DNA of 64,000 bases from Eledone cirrhosa (GCA_964016885.1 OZ024744.1:5704001-5768000), one strand, 5' to 3'; shown: positions 26,501 to 51,327, numbered from the stretch's first letter. Translations and numbers: made by a program. Notes: a model not told the origin generated them from the letters alone.

Positions 26501-27076
26501 CCTGTAGCACGTGTTGTTGATAACATGTTTGCTGTGGGGGACTTACAATTAATAATATTTATCTTATTTTTACGTTCAACAAACGTCGCTTGTGGGCGTA
26601 ATTGTTTCGCTGTGAAATAATTTAGCTCTGGGTGTATTTCGTCCCAGTGTAGCTTCATTCTATTCATATAGCCAATGGAGGGATTGTTTTTTGCCATTTT
26701 ATAACAATTAAATAAATCATTATTAAGTTCGCAACTCCAAGAGAAATGCGATTTATAATTTCGGTTTCTTCTGTAGCTACAACTGAAAATATTTTGTTTA
26801 TCTTTCTCGTTTTTCTTCAGTACTCCACTGATGGTGTTGTTGTTGTTGTTGTGTTCAGCCATGCTGTTTGTAGCAAATCCTTGTAAAATAAATTATGTAT
26901 TTAGTCGGATATCTCTACGAATTCGTATAGAAGGTGTCTTCAGAAGATATAGTTAGAGGAACATCCGGTTATTCAACCTGACTGTAGTTGTGGCATTACT
27001 GTCGGAGATAGTATTCATCTTAAATTTAATGAATAGTCTCCCACACAAAAATATGCGACTGATCGCGTTGACTGAC
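23510..27076 (-). mobile_element. R4/Dong LINE retaining its 5' end (ATG at 26862), 3' end lost, frameshifted
   Basis: ORF 24232-25350 has RT motifs (NYRPIAC, WLDYRKAF, FVDDLKLY). ORF 23447-24127 has the CCHC knuckle and RHD. The 5' end abuts (ATGT)n. SINE fragment at ~26231-26330. Confidence 0.9.
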
Positions 27077-27135
27077 TATGTATGTATGTATGTATGTATG
27101 TATGTATGTATGTATGTATGTATGTATGTATGTAT

Positions 27136-27522
27136 GTCAAGGCAGAATTCTAGGAGAAGGAAAACTCTGATATAACACCTGCAACCCTGATGGTATCCAA
27201 TGATGTTGACTTGTTCTTCTTTTTGGTAAATATCATCTTGGTTAAGAGAGTGGGACTGGCTTTGTGCAGTGCCTTTGCTCACTATAAAAGCTTCACGGCA
27301 CAGGCATTGCTTTATATCTGGTGATCTCTCTGCACTTGTCATCACATGGTACCATGGGCCCAGCACTATGTGTCAATAATTGTCACAAATGTAGTGTTTG
27401 TACCAGAGTTTTCAAGTCGCTGGCTGGACTAAAAAGTCACACTGGTTCAGCGCATCGGTAGGGGTTCTCCTACATGGATATAAAGTAGTGGCCGTACTCG
27501 AAAACGAGTTGGCACCGACCAT
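27136..27522 (+). mobile_element. Non-autonomous RTE-derived element, family 1 (5'-truncated)
   Basis: Matches 5322-5694; (ATGT)n on both sides. Confidence 0.75.
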
Positions 27523-27551
27523 GTATGTATGTATGAATGTATGTATGTATG

Positions 27552-30545
27552 TTTCTTCTGGTTTTATAATTTCACAAATTTTTGCCAATAGAGAGAGAGT
27601 CGGTTTCTAACATAGACACAAGACTCTCTCATTGGAATTTACACAACATCAACTAGGTAGATATGTATGCATGTCAGCATGGATGTGTGTGCAGTCTATG
27701 GATGTTATTGTATGTGTGGATGTGTATGTTTTGAGTTGTATGTGTGCATGTGCATATGCTTTGTATCTGTACATGTGTATATGCAGTTATTAGATGCAGA
27801 ATTTTTGAAATATTTTACACAATTTTACTGTTCCATTAATGGATTGTACTTGTAATTTCCTAACTAGTCAAGTTCTTTGTGTTTCTGTGAAGCCCAGCTT
27901 CTCAAGATTTGTATTGAGGCAGTCACTAACATACTCCAGTGCCCCAATAATCACAGGCATAAATCTGAAGGTGTAATCAGTGTGGAGTATCTGCAGATTT
28001 CTCATTAGTTCTGCATAAATATTCTCCTTTTCGTTAATCTTTAATATTATATTGGCATCTTCTGGACAGCTAAATTCCACTACTGTGCATGCTTATGCCT
28101 GCATTTTATTGGGGGTCTTTACTGGAACATTCCACCAGTACTCTTTCATATTATGTACATGGATGTCTTCCACATTGCTGTAGCTTTTAATGTGTTTATT
28201 ATCGGAGCTATCTTTTCTACGGATTACATTGTACCGTGTTTTGGCCACTACATCATGCATCATAGGTAGATAGTCCCGCGATGACATCTTTGGACAGCTG
28301 CTTATGAAATGGGTGACATCCTTAATGTAAATTCTGCAGAGTTTCGGCGTTTTTCCTGCATCCCTATCATTTTTGTGTATCCGGTATTTCGTGTTGATTT
28401 CCTGTTCTTGGATTGCAAAAGCGTATCCTTCAAAGTGGGAGCCAATATAGCGGTTGTTGGTCCAAGATAGACTACTTTCCTAATCTGTATTACTCTCACT
28501 CTGGAGCTTCCTGGCAACATACCCATGCATGAGTCCTTCTATGGATTCACTGCGGTACTGCTGGGCAATTTCCCTGGGTGTGAGATTTTGATTATCAGGC
28601 AGGATGTATCTTTCAAGGAGTTCCTTCCCTACTCTGATGATTTATATGTCCCATGCAGATAGACTTGCTCAATAGTTGGGCTCCTATGCTTCAAGGTTCG
28701 TAGATATTGTCGGAGGGATATGATGCGACATTCAAATGTTGTCTGGACTGATGTTAGGCCTCTGCCTCCCTGCTTACGTTTCAAGTAAAGGCGGTCTATG
28801 TCACTGTTGATGTGGAAGTTTCCGGTGTTGTTTAGTATTTTCCGAGTTTTAACATCAGCTGCTCGGATTTCGTCTATCGTCCAACTGAGTATTCCAAAGG
28901 TTGGTGTTAGGACAGGCACAGCAAACACATCGTGAGCCACTGTTTTGTCTTGCGCAGAGAGTTCCGATGACCAGATCTTTCTTAATCGAGTGTAATATTC
29001 TCTGGTTCCGCGTTCTTTATTACAGATACCATTATAGGATATGTTCTCATCTATCCCCAGGTACCTGTAGCAGTCCTCATCAGATATCGGTGAAACTTTA
29101 GGCCATTGATGACAATGTTACTAGATTGGGTTGTAGTTTTCCCCTCTTTACTGTCATGTATTAGAATTTATCTTGGCCAAATTCCATTCCTATATCCTTT
29201 GAGAACGTTGTAACCAGGTCAAGATTTTTCTCATCCCATCCATGTTCTTGGCATAGAGTTTCAGATCATCCACAAAGAAATTATGGGTTAGGTTCGTATT
29301 TCTGTCCTCCTGTGAGCCAATGATGTATCCCTCACATTTCTTGAGCAGAAAGGTCAAGGGGTTTAATGACAAGATGAACAATACCACAGAACTATACACC
29401 TGTGGTATTTTATTTTATCAGTGAAAATAGAGTCCTCCCTCTCTGTCTTTAACCTTAGGATAGTAGCCCAAGAAGAAGACAGCCTCTCTATGGCTCTGAT
29501 AATAATGTCTGGGACTTTAGCATGTCGGAGGGCCTATATCTTCCAAGAGTGGGGAACAGAATCGAAAGCTTTCCTGTAGTCCAGCCAGACTGTAGCCATA
29601 TACCTCCTAAACTGTCGCACCTCCGACATCGCAGTTTTATTTATTAGGAGTTGTTCAGCACATCCCCAAACCCCTTTCTTTCCAGTTGCTTGTTCATCTG
29701 TGATGATGTTATTATTTTCACAGTGATCTTGGAAGAATAGGTTCAGGCAGGCTGTATACATCTTATACATCAGGTTCTGGCATGCAATGGGTCGGTAATT
29801 TTTTGCCAAGTGGGTGTCTTTGTTCTTGGGTGACCAGTAATGTTTGTGCTAATGTGAACCATTCTGGTATAAGTGTATCTCTCTTAAGAACTTGTTGGTA
29901 GAGGTCAGTAAGATACCTCCGATAGAATATCAGTTTTTTTGTACAAGTAGCCGACAATCATGTCTCTTCCTGGTAGTCTCAAGAGTATCCTCACTTATTT
30001 CGTATGTAGTGTAGGAGCAATAGTTCTTTTAGATTTCTTTTAGCCACACTGTATCTTGATTGAAATTCCCCCCCCCCTATATTTTGCCCCAAAAGGGATC
30101 TATGTCTTTCAGGGATGGGGCCTCAGTGACACTTAATATTTTGTTCTTCATATCTCTATAGACTGATGTTTGGTTTCGTCTGAATCTTTTATTAAGCACT
30201 TTTCTCTCATCTACCTTCTTCAAGTATCGGCGTTTTTCGCTAACAGCTCTCAATTCTTGTTTGAGGGTGATCAGCTTATATTGGAGAGTTCTCGATTTAC
30301 TGTTACCAAACATCGTCTCTATTATATGTTTCACTCTTTGTTGATGAGGAGTGAGGTTTTTTGTGTTTGTTTGCATGTAAGAAACATTGTCACATATCCT
30401 ATGTGTTTTCGTATGTCAGCACTCTTTTTTTCTATTTTAGTTATATATGATGGTATTTTTGGTGGTGTTCTGTTCTTGTTAATATCTCTGCTATCACCAA
30501 GATAATATGCCAGTGTCGTTGGTAGGGCATATAAACAGGCATTGA
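27552..30545 (-). mobile_element. R4/Dong LINE, 5'-truncated, with RT, RLE region and 3' UTR; degenerate
   Basis: RT fragments in ORFs 29534-29809 and 29190-29399. RLE in ORF 27868-28080 (EFSCP..K...Y...PVIIGAL). ATGT-type repeats on both sides. Confidence 0.9.
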
Positions 30546-30624
30546 TGTGTGTATGTATATATGTATGTATGTATATGTGTAAATATGTATGTATGTATGT
30601 AAATATGTATGAATGTATGAATGT

Positions 30625-30699
<75 letters not shown>

Positions 30700-30832
30700 T
30701 ACATGCACCAACGTGAGGTATATGATTTTTAATGCAATGAAATACCAATGACCGTTGGCAAATCACTGATGAGGGACTCATTTTATAACATGTTATCCAT
30801 GTGCAACCATGCAGTATTCTTCTCCCCATATT

Positions 30833-30915
<83 letters not shown>

Positions 30916-31045
30916 CAAGCAAGTAAGTGTTGGCAAAATCCAGTACTTCAGTATGCGGATAGGGAGCACTCAACGAAGATATAAGTTCCGGAGTTATAAT
31001 AGTGACGAAACATAATCAATTGCATGAACTCATAATCCTTTATTT

Positions 31046-31101
31046 ACTGCTATATATATTTCGATGATAGCCATTGAATGGCTATGGCCTCATCAGGCAG
31101 T
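31046..31101 (-). ncRNA. Type I hammerhead ribozyme in the PLE pseudo-LTR
   Basis: Reverse complement of 33906-33961 with one change in stem II. Confidence 0.8.
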
Positions 31102-33905
31102 TAGTCAGTTCTTAGATATGCCAGCTCTGTGTTTATAGTGTTGATGGTATAAGAGCCTTGGGACATATGAGCTTGTTAGGAATAATTTAATGTTGTCAGC
31201 AGGAATAGTCTTAATTCTCATTGGTCAGTTTGTAGATGCTAGTAGGGTTGGTATTTGACCTCAAAGAGGCAGGTGGTGTTGTAAAGTTCAAACCGTCAGG
31301 CAAGATGACAATAGTTCGATATGACTGATTTTCACAAAAGGCATTCCTGGTCAGATATATATTCAAATAAGGTTAATAGTATGAAATAGATACTACAGGT
31401 CATTCTTAAATTGAGGAATTTATGTGGAGTGGTGCTACTGAAAATGATGGTTGGAATAGAAAGTTTACAAATAAAAAGACTTATGTAGGTTGGCTTGCAC
31501 TACACTCACACCCACCCCCACAGACACACACACACATCCACACATACAAATTGAGGAATTAATGTGGGGTGGTAATACTTAAAATAATGGTTAGAGTCAA
31601 ATACTTAGATAGTTTAGAAAATTTAGAAATAAAGGCTTATGTTGGTTGACTTGTACATACACTCACACCTATCCCCTCAGACACACACACATCTACACAC
31701 ACAAATCCATACAGGTGTGTATATATATATGTACGCAAAAGTATATATATATATAAAATATATACATATACATAAAATATATATGTACATAAAATATATA
31801 TATACATAAAATATATATACATATATAAAATATATATATATATAAAATATATATATACATAAAATATACATACATATATATATATAAAATACATATATAT
31901 ATAAAAAAAAATATATATATATATATAAATTACACACATATACACATATAAAAAATATATATATATATATATAATATATATATACATATATATATAAAAT
32001 CAGGTTCAATAAAACGTGGTTTTGATGACTCCCAACCAGTAGACCATAGGGACCACAAACTATGGGCGATTGTTGTTGTCCATTGGTCATTGGTACGGGG
32101 TGTAGGGGACCTACAGAGGGGGGGGGGGGGGGCGTTGTGGGAGGCCTTAACCGGGGTTTATCCATATAGCTTGAAGAAAGTTCCCGTCCTTAGGTGTCTG
32201 CAGGCACCGAATAAGTCGGCCCTTCTGTTTAATAGCTTGGTTCTGCCATGAAGTATCTCGAGTGTTTCACTAAGACAGAGGTTGCAAATACCAGACGCGC
32301 CTCTGTCTGGGGGAACCTTTCTAACCACGGAGCAGACCAGAGAGTGCGGGGTCTTTTCAAGTTTGAGCTTCCAGATCAATTCAGAAAGGGCCGTACATTT
32401 CCTGTTGTCTATTCTGTTAAAGGAATGGCGATAGTTATACCACCGATCTTTGAAGCTCGTCGCTGTGGATCCTATGTAGTGGTGCTCCGAGTTAGGGGTT
32501 GTGACATTGCACATGTAGACTACGTTTTTCGTCTTGCATTCATTACTAAGGGGGCATAGTGATGGGTCTCTGCAATTACAGGACTTCTTAAGCCCCACCA
32601 CATTTACCGCGTGGTTACCATCACTCGGGGTTGGCTGGGTAGCCTCCGCAATCAGCAAAGAGACGTTGGGTTCCGGTGTGCTAGTTGGGCCTGTGTGGGT
32701 TCCGTTGCGTCCCGCGTGCTGGTACTGTTGGGTGGCTCCGGGGTTTACGGTGGTATTAGAGGCAGTGAGCCTCTAATGGTCACATGGTATAACCCTCAGT
32801 GAGTATGGAGGGTTATACCATGTGACCTTCCTGGTCCTATTCTTGCGGGGTTGTTGGGTGTCCGCCGTGGTCCATCGCGTGGTTGTGCACAGCTCAGGTC
32901 GAGCTCCGCTGGTTTCACTCAGGTGTGCGGAGCGGTCACTATCATGAGGGTTATATGGGCTCACCGTGGGGCTATAAACCTGCTAGGTGCGGCCTCCCTG
33001 CTCAATTAGGGTTCAGCGGGTGGTGGGGCCGGTGCAGGGGTGCCTCTGCTCCGCAGCACATTGGTCTTCAGCGTTGTAGGTATTAGACCGGTGGAGTATG
33101 CGGGACCTTCTACCGGCGGTGGTGATGGATAGGGGTCTGGGAGTGTTACTACTGGTCACCGAGGTATTAGGTGGGCGACTCATGCCCCTGAGGGTATTGG
33201 TCCGGGGTAGCCTTGGGTCATCTCTATCATGTCTCTTAGGGTTATAGCTGATCCTATGGCTGTGGGACGCCTTAGCTAGCGCTGAGTTATAGTAATCAGC
33301 GTTACTATTGAGATCTTTATTGGCCGACAAGTTAGAGATCCTGTCAGAGACACTCTTAACTACGGCCTTAACTATAGATCTAGGGTGATTGGACCCAGCG
33401 TTGATATATACCAGTTTCTCATTGGGTTTATGATATGGGTGGTGTAGCTTGGTGTTGAGGTTGAGGGTGGTGTCCAGGAAATTCATTACTTTTCTGTTGG
33501 GTTCCATCTCTACCTTAAGTCCTACCTGGCTAAAGAAGTGCCTAATTCTCCTCTTCATATTTTCGACCATTGTGGTGCTGTGGTTCACTACGGTGAAGAG
33601 TGCGTCGTCTCGGTACAGCCCGCCACCCAGGTTGGGTATTTCTCTCCTGATCTCGTAGATTATGTATATCCCAACTGCGCGTTCATATGGAACTATTGTC
33701 ATCTTGCCTGACGGTTTGAACTTTACAACACCACCTGCCTCTTTGAGGTCAAATACCAACCCTACTAGCATCTACAAACAGACCAATGAGAATTAAGACT
33801 ATTTCTGCTGACAACATTAAATTATTCCTAACAAGCTCATATGTCCCACGGCTCTGATACCATCAATACTATAAACACAGAGCTGGCATATCTAAGTACT
33901 GACTA

Positions 33906-33961
33906 ACTGCCTGATGAGGTCATAGCCATTCAATGGCTATCATCGAAATATATATAGCAGT
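33906..33961 (+). ncRNA. Type I hammerhead ribozyme with intact core
   Basis: actgc-CTGATGA-ggt-c-atagcca-ttcaa-tggctat-c-atc-GAAA-TATAT-ATA-gcagt. Predicted cut after 33956. Confidence 0.85.
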
Positions 33962-34112
33962 ACATAAAGGATTATGAGTTCATGCAATTGACTTATGTTT
34001 CGTCACTATATATATATATATATATATATATAACGAAGGAAGTGTGGTAAGGAACCAGGTGGACCATAACGCATCAAAGTACTCAATACTTAGGGTAGTA
34101 GAGTGGGTAATA

Positions 34113-34406
<294 letters not shown>

Positions 34407-34820
34407 TGGGACATAATCACGCATTTCTTCTAACTTTAATTTTATACCCAATTGTGTATGGTTGACGGTATATTTAGTCGATTTCTACATGCTGTTGAAA
34501 TGTTGGGTAAATATTCTATTGCGGTCGGCCGCGAAGAGGCTGCTGTCGTTTATTTATCAAATATTTCTTCATAGGAGCCTTTATTCTTATAACCTGGTCT
34601 AATTGATTTTTTATGTGGTTAATTATGCTAATTGGGAGAGGAAATGGTGTATATATTTTATCAAATGATTCTATGGACATACTTTATGATATATATATAT
34701 ATATATATTAGAAAATAGAATAGGTATCACCGTATTTTTTACTAAAGAAGCTTTAGCCTGATAATGGGGTTTAGAACCCTCAGATAAATAGAAAAAGATG
34801 AGTATTGACGTACATGGGAG

Positions 34821-34879
<59 letters not shown>

Positions 34880-35978
34880 GCAGGAATATATTATTATGTC
34901 TTTGTTAATCCTGTATCAATAATTTTATAGTAATTTTTTTAATCCTGTATCAATAGTTTTATGATAATTTTGTAATAATTTTATAATAATTTTTTGATAG
35001 TACATTATTAGATTACTGAAGCTACCTTATACCTTCTTAAAAATACATTTTATAATTATTGTCTTTTAAAAATACATTTTATAATTATTGTCTTTTTGCT
35101 TATGCATTTTCTTACTTATCATTTTCTTTAATCTTGCCCAACTTCATAAGCTCTTTGAATTGCTCCCTAATTAAATTACTTAAATTACTTAAATTATTTT
35201 ATCTATTATACCTAAGTTGTGTCTGTTGAAGCAGCCCTTTGAAAATTCCTCGGATATCCCAAATACCGTAATTTTTAACTTTTAATTCATAATTTTCCTC
35301 AATTCGTTTATATATATCCTTAAAGGCTCTCTAAAATTTTAATTCTTCGAAGGGTCTCTCGGAGGAGGTTCCTATTAAAAATATTAAAGGGGCCTTTTCT
35401 GAGGGGTTTATTGAAGGCTTTTTGAATTAACCTTTAATTGATTAGTTTCTTTCAACTTAGTAGGGATTATCAAAACTTCGTAAATTTTCTGAAATTTTTT
35501 AACGTGATCTCTGTGGAAGAAAGTTTTTTTCTTTCGAAAAAAAATTTTTTTCTCTCGAAGGAACTTCTTAGGAAACTTTATATTCTTTTAGGGAAACTTT
35601 ATATCTTTATTTTTTTATTTTATTAGTCTCTTAATCTCTTCTAGTTTGTTAAGTTTATCGGAGCTTGTAAGCTTTATGCACTTATTGAGGGATTTTTTTA
35701 AGGTGCTTCTACGAGATCCCAAGTCTTTTACTTTTAATGCGTAAATTATAAATTATCTAATTTTTAACCTTCAATCCCTGACTCTTAGGCCCTTTTCAAA
35801 TTCTCTTAACTCCCCATAACCCATGCCTTTTACAATTCCGACAACTAATATAAAAGAGCCCCCTTAGAATATAGACCCCAAATATACAAGCGGAGCTGCT
35901 GATGTATACCACAATTTCAAACTGCTAGTCTTAAGTGATATGCTGATGTAAATAATGAACTTACAATCACATGTTATA

Positions 35979-36025
35979 TGCCTTGAAAAGTCCCATCATA
36001 TGGTCGGACGAAACGGCTGTCGGCA
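35979..36025 (+). ncRNA. Type I hammerhead with the U3-A8 core variant
   Basis: tgcc-TTGAAAA-gtcc-(12 nt)-ggac-GAAAC-ggct-GTC-ggca followed by ATAAA. Confidence 0.75.
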
Positions 36026-36178
36026 ATAAACTTGTTATAATGTCATAATAGTTCCTTTGTTCTTTTTCATTAATATTTCTGCTCTGCTTATACGCATAGA
36101 GCTTAACTAGCTACCGTCGCATATTTGGTAGGTCAGACGTGATCATCGCGATTCACATACGACCTACCATACATCTTG

Positions 36179-36241
<63 letters not shown>

Positions 36242-36243
<2 letters not shown>

Positions 36244-39060
36244 CTTTGATAGATTTCGGCCAGTATTGGCCCAGGCCATGTCTAACTTAATAGCACCACC
36301 TGGCGAAGTCTTTCAAATCAATGTTTGGGCACCATGGCCCACTCAAGTAGAGAGTTATTGTTAACGGAGACATATCTGGGGCTAGGTGGTTTATCCGGGA
36401 TTTCTTGAAGGAATTTGTCCAAAGACTTCTTGAACTTGATGGGGTCTGTCTCAGTGTGTTTTGGTGTAATGTTAAAGAGTGCCGGGCCAAGTGAGCTGAA
36501 ATAATTGTGCCGTATTGTTGTTATGAGATGCATGTTTGAGTTTTGTCGTGGGCGGATAGCATGTGGCCCAAGCCTTGGGTTCACCTTAAAGGTGATGCCA
36601 ACATCATTTGGGCAAAGCTGATGGAATATTTTCCACATCATGCTGATAATGTAGCGCTCACGGCGACATTGGAGAGAATAAAGGTTGAGCTTTTCTAATC
36701 GACTCCAATAGTCAAGGCCTGTCATGCCATCTATCTTTTTTGTAATTGACCTTTGAAGTGCTTCAATTTTCATGATACTTTGTTTCGTGTGGGGACACCA
36801 CAGTGGACAACAGTATTCAAGATGGGGTTGGACAAAAGTGGAGAAGAGAAGGATAACAGTGTGGATATCTCTCAACTGGAAGGTTCTGAGAATCCAGGAA
36901 CACATCCTGCTGGCCATATCAACTTTGGTGTTTATATGAGTGGCCCAGCTTATGTTGTTGTCCACAATAACTCCCAAGTCTGTGATGTTATTGGATGTCA
37001 CTAGAGTTTCACCCGAAGGAAGAGAGTATGGTAGTTTCAGGGCATCCTTTTTTTCAAAGTGGATTAATTCAAACTTATCCTCATTCAACATCATATTGTT
37101 CTTTTCTGCCCATTGGATTCAGTAGATCTGACTGAAGGCATGTCCGGTCACCCACCTCATTGATGACCCTTTGGAGCTTGGAATCATCTGCGAAGTTTCT
37201 TACGTTGCTGTGCTTGATGATGTCAGTAATGTCATTAATGTAGATGATGAGAAGAAGTGGGCCCAACACAGTGACTTGTGGGATGCCACTGCTGAATTTG
37301 GCAAGGCTTGATTTTACTCCTTCAACTACAACATGTAGGGTTCTGTCTGGAAAGTTACTGCAATGGATCAAGTGTTTGCTGACAGAGACACCAATGTTGG
37401 ATAGGTTTTTCAGTAGAATCTTATGATCAACCCTGTCGAAGGCCTTGCTGAAATCAAGAGATATGACATCAGTGTTTGAGCCCTCTCCCAAGGCTCTCAA
37501 AATATCATGAAAGTGATGCAGGAGCTGCATTAGGCAGTCCCTTCCATTACGGAACCCATGTTGGTTGGAGTTCAGCAGGCTGTTGTTTTCAAGAAAGTGG
37601 GTTATTCGTGATCTCACCACTCTCTCAAATACCTTGATAATATGAGAGGTGAGTGAGATCGGACGGTAGTTCACTGCAAAGGACTTATTTCCCTTTTTGA
37701 AGACTGGGACAACAGACTGGGACAGAAAGTTTTCAGGAATATAGCCAGTGTCCAGTGAGTCCTCCACAGATTAGCAAGAGGAGTTGCAAGTTGGTGTCGG
37801 CACATATTCAGGACACAAGCAGGGAACCTGTCGGGGCCTACTGCTGAATTGTGTTTAATTTCGTTTATTGCCGCTAAGACATCAGGTGCGCCAAACGTTA
37901 TGTCCGATATAGTGTGTTGGGGGTTAATATCACTGATACAGCCCAGATCGGCCATATCAGGATTGCTGAAAGCAGAGCTGTATTGTCTCTGTAGTATGGT
38001 TTTGGCATTGTCCTGGTGAGTGCCATTTTCATCAACTAGGGGGCCAACAGTGGAGACAGTGACCTTGTGTTTTTTAGCAAATGAGAAGAACACTTTGGGG
38101 TTGAGTGTGGTTTTCTCAATGGCTCACCTCTCTTCAGTTATTCTCTGATTATTGATGATGGTCATCATGCATTGCTAGAGGTTATATTTTTTTACTCAAG
38201 CAGGGTGATAGCCATCGAATGTGTGTTGTTGTTGTTGTTAGTAGTATTTTAGTGTGTTAACTTTTTGTTTGTTCTTTTTATTTTTCTGATAATAATTTTT
38301 CTGTTTTGGGGGATACTGCACTTGGTTTTGTTCACAGGTTTTTGTGGGGTGTGTTTTGTACATATATTTGTGACAGTGTCTACAAAGATCTGCCAAGATG
38401 TTTTGATGTTGGTGGAAATGTGTGCGTGTGTAAAATACCAGTCGACATGTGATAGTTCGTTCATAATTGCATCCCAGTTGGCATTGTAGAGATCCATGTT
38501 ATCAAATGGGTGGGCTGGTGAAAGGTCACTAGGATTAGCTTTCGGCTGTTCCTAAATGTTCTGATACCTTGTTGGTACAAGGATAAGTTAGAACAAGAAA
38601 AATTCATTCATAAAGTCAAGAAGTGACTACTGCTTCTTTGTCAGTGGTTGAGTTGGGAGTGCCTGGTTTCAAACTGTTTGTAGACCAATCAACACAGGGT
38701 AGATTAAAGACTCCCATCATAAGTATGTTACTAGAATGGCACTGTTGAATAAAGCACTTAATGATGTTGAGGTATTCTTTAAAGCGCATTATAGGTGTGG
38801 CCTATAGAGCCCAACTAATGTCAGGTCATTGGCTTTGTTGTGACTGATTCACAGTAGCCACTGGAGAATGTGATATTTCCGGCTGCCGTAAAGGAATCAT
38901 GCAGGAAAATCGCAGTTCCACCCTTCCTTCTGTCAACACAATCCACGCGGATGGTTGTGAAATTCCTCACTTTCACTTCAGCTTCAAAGTGGGAGTTGTC
39001 AAGGTGGGTCTCAGTAAGAATGAAGAAAGGGATGTGGAATGGATGGTTACCAACCCAATT
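36242..39060 (-). mobile_element. CR1-group LINE ORF2 (AP endonuclease plus RT), 5'-truncated, frameshifted
   Basis: LTETHL (APE); NYRPISLTS, QHGFR, LDFSKAFDRVDH, GIPQ.TVLGPLL, FADDSKL (ORF 37081-37767); DLGV, PHLEYCCPLW (ORF 36318-37094). The 3' end abuts (TA)n. Confidence 0.9.
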
Positions 39061-39294
39061 CTCAATATATATACATATATATATAAATAAGTGGAAGGAA
39101 TAATAAATGTTTATAACTAATTCAGAGCACTCGACAGAATTTCTGGAGTAAATATTCAATGATATTAAATAAATGGAAACTATATTTATAAAACCATATT
39201 GATTCTATTATATATATTATATATATCCAAGGAATATTCAACTGATAGGGTATGATTTTCCTTGGCTACGTCAAAATTTACAAAACACTCTTTG

Positions 39295-39355
39295 TATTTT
39301 ATCTGATGAAAGCGTACCAAAGTTTTGGTTCCCTTGAAATATATATAATAGAATA
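39295..39355 (+). ncRNA. Type I hammerhead, diverged member of the 43.4-51.1 kb PLE family
   Basis: tattttat-CTGATGA-aagcgtaccaaa-gt-tttggttccctt-GAAA-TATAT-ATA-atagaata. Confidence 0.75.
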
Positions 39356-39394
39356 AATATGATTTTATAAATATAGTTTCAATATATTTAATAT

Positions 39395-39638
<244 letters not shown>

Positions 39639-39659
39639 AAGAGTTAAACAATATATATA

Positions 39660-39975
39660 TATATTTCGTTTCTGAATTTGTTTAGCAAGATTCTTTATCT
39701 GAAAACGTGCGTTGAAACAAATATTTTTATACTTTGGGAGGGTCATGTTGCCAATAAGAAACACACGCACCATGCTTTCACTCCAATTTATTATAAATTA
39801 AATTTATAAATTTAAGAATTTATAAATTTCCGGTTGGTTGGTTGGTTCCTCAACCGGGCGGTTGTTCATATATTGTCAAAGTTCTTTCGTCACACATTCT
39901 GTGACCTCTTCAGTGACTGGGGATTCTTTTCTTTGTTTTGTGCCTCTCCTTTGTTCTGTCAGACTTAGGCAGGCT

Positions 39976-39980
<5 letters not shown>
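39660..39980 (-). mobile_element. Solo pseudo-LTR of the 59.2-63.7 kb PLE, with hammerhead at 39875-39917
   Basis: Reverse complement of ~59333-59634; (TA)n on both sides. Confidence 0.85.
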
Positions 39981-40063
<83 letters not shown>

Positions 40064-40338
40064 AAGTATGTCCATAGAAATAGAAACATTTGATAAGATA
40101 TATACACCATCTCCTCTCCCAATCAGCATAATCAACCACACAAAAAAACTATAAGATTAAAAGGCACCTATGAAGGAATAATAGATAAATAAACGACGGC
40201 CATCTATTCGCGATCAACAGCTATAGAATATTTACCCACCATTTCAATAGCACGTGGAAATCGATTAAATATATCGTCAACCATACACAATTAGGTCTAA
40301 AATTAAAGTTAGAATAAAAAAATATATATAAACATACC

Positions 40339-40381
<43 letters not shown>

Positions 40382-40512
40382 GATAAATCTACCAAAAGTT
40401 TACGGTAGTGTCCAATCCGTATGAAGAACTCAATGTAGTCCGGATATCATGGAAAGAAGAGATGCATTCAAAAATCACTTTCGGTGAAAGATAAACGGAA
40501 TACAGAGTCAAG

Positions 40513-43034
<2,522 letters not shown>

Positions 43035-43398
43035 ATATATATATATATATATGGTAATAATAATAAATTTGAAGACTAAAATCCAAAGAGGGCTCGATAA
43101 GATAAATATATATCAAATATATAAGAACCGTAGAGCAAATATTTATTAAAATAGCAGATTAATGTTTAAGCAAAGAATCGGTGCTTTCACCCTTAACGGG
43201 ATCTTCTGAAAATCAATTTTTGTTGATTTCATATATATACACTTTATATATATACACTTTATATATATACATTTAGAAAACTGAATGATTCTCGGCTTCA
43301 GAGTTAAGAATAATTTAAATAAATTACAGAGGTATTTGAAATCAACAAAAATTTAATATATACATGCACGCATCCATAATATATATATTTGTGTGCGT

Positions 43399-43431
<33 letters not shown>

Positions 43432-43436
<5 letters not shown>

Positions 43437-43798
43437 GATATTAATAAATGGAAACTATATTTATAAAACCATATTTATTTCATTATACATATTTCAGGGA
43501 TACCAAATTAAATTATGGTATGCCTTCATCAGACAAAATACAATATATAACAGTTTTACAAATAAGCTTTGACGTACCCTTTTAAAATGCGACCATTATT
43601 TTTGGAAGCCATCTGGATAGCTTCCAAAAATAATGGTCGCATTTTAAAAGGGTACGTCAAAGCTTATTTGTAAAACTGTTATATATTGTATTTTGTCTGA
43701 TGAAGGCATACCATAATTTAATTTGGTATCCCTGAAATATGTATAATGAAATAAATATGGTTTTATAAATATAGTTTCCATTTGTTAATATCGTATAT
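43432..43798. repeat. Palindromic pseudo-LTR pair (~180-bp arms) with hammerheads at 43476-43540 (-) and 43689-43753 (+)
   Basis: Axis at ~43614. HHR: tattttgt-CTGATGA-aggcatacca..tggtatccct-GAAA-TATGT-ATA-atgaaata. Confidence 0.85.
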
Positions 43799-43884
43799 CT
43801 ACTCCAAATACTTGTCGAGTGCTTTATATCAGTTATAAAAATATTTACTTGTTGTATCCCAACAATTTTAAATAGAACTTTTGC

Positions 43885-51327
<7,443 letters not shown>

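Larger units (their letters stand above)
30690..34008 (-). mobile_element. Naiad-type Penelope-like element, 5'-truncated, with an inverted pseudo-LTR (30998-31325 versus 33683-34008)
   Basis: RT GGLYRDD..NFLDTTL..PYHKPN. GIY-YIG ORF 32158-32658 (CNC..CPL..C, YIGST, CNLC, CRH). ~325-bp inverted repeat. Confidence 0.85.

Noticed and set aside
26863-27076. HDV-like ribozyme in the R4/Dong 5' UTR
   Set aside because: A hairpin (cggatgt/atatccg) followed by ACTAA exists on -, but I could not assign P1, P2, P3 and P1.1 consistently.
34755-34800. Further hammerhead-like strings (ctgataa-tggggtt..aaccctca here; also ~22640, ~30765, ~40410)
   Set aside because: Too many core or stem deviations, or no GAAA partner.
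34900-35870. Possible decayed PLE N-terminal region on -
   Set aside because: Only a short ELREFE..L-like similarity amid many stops; not enough to call.
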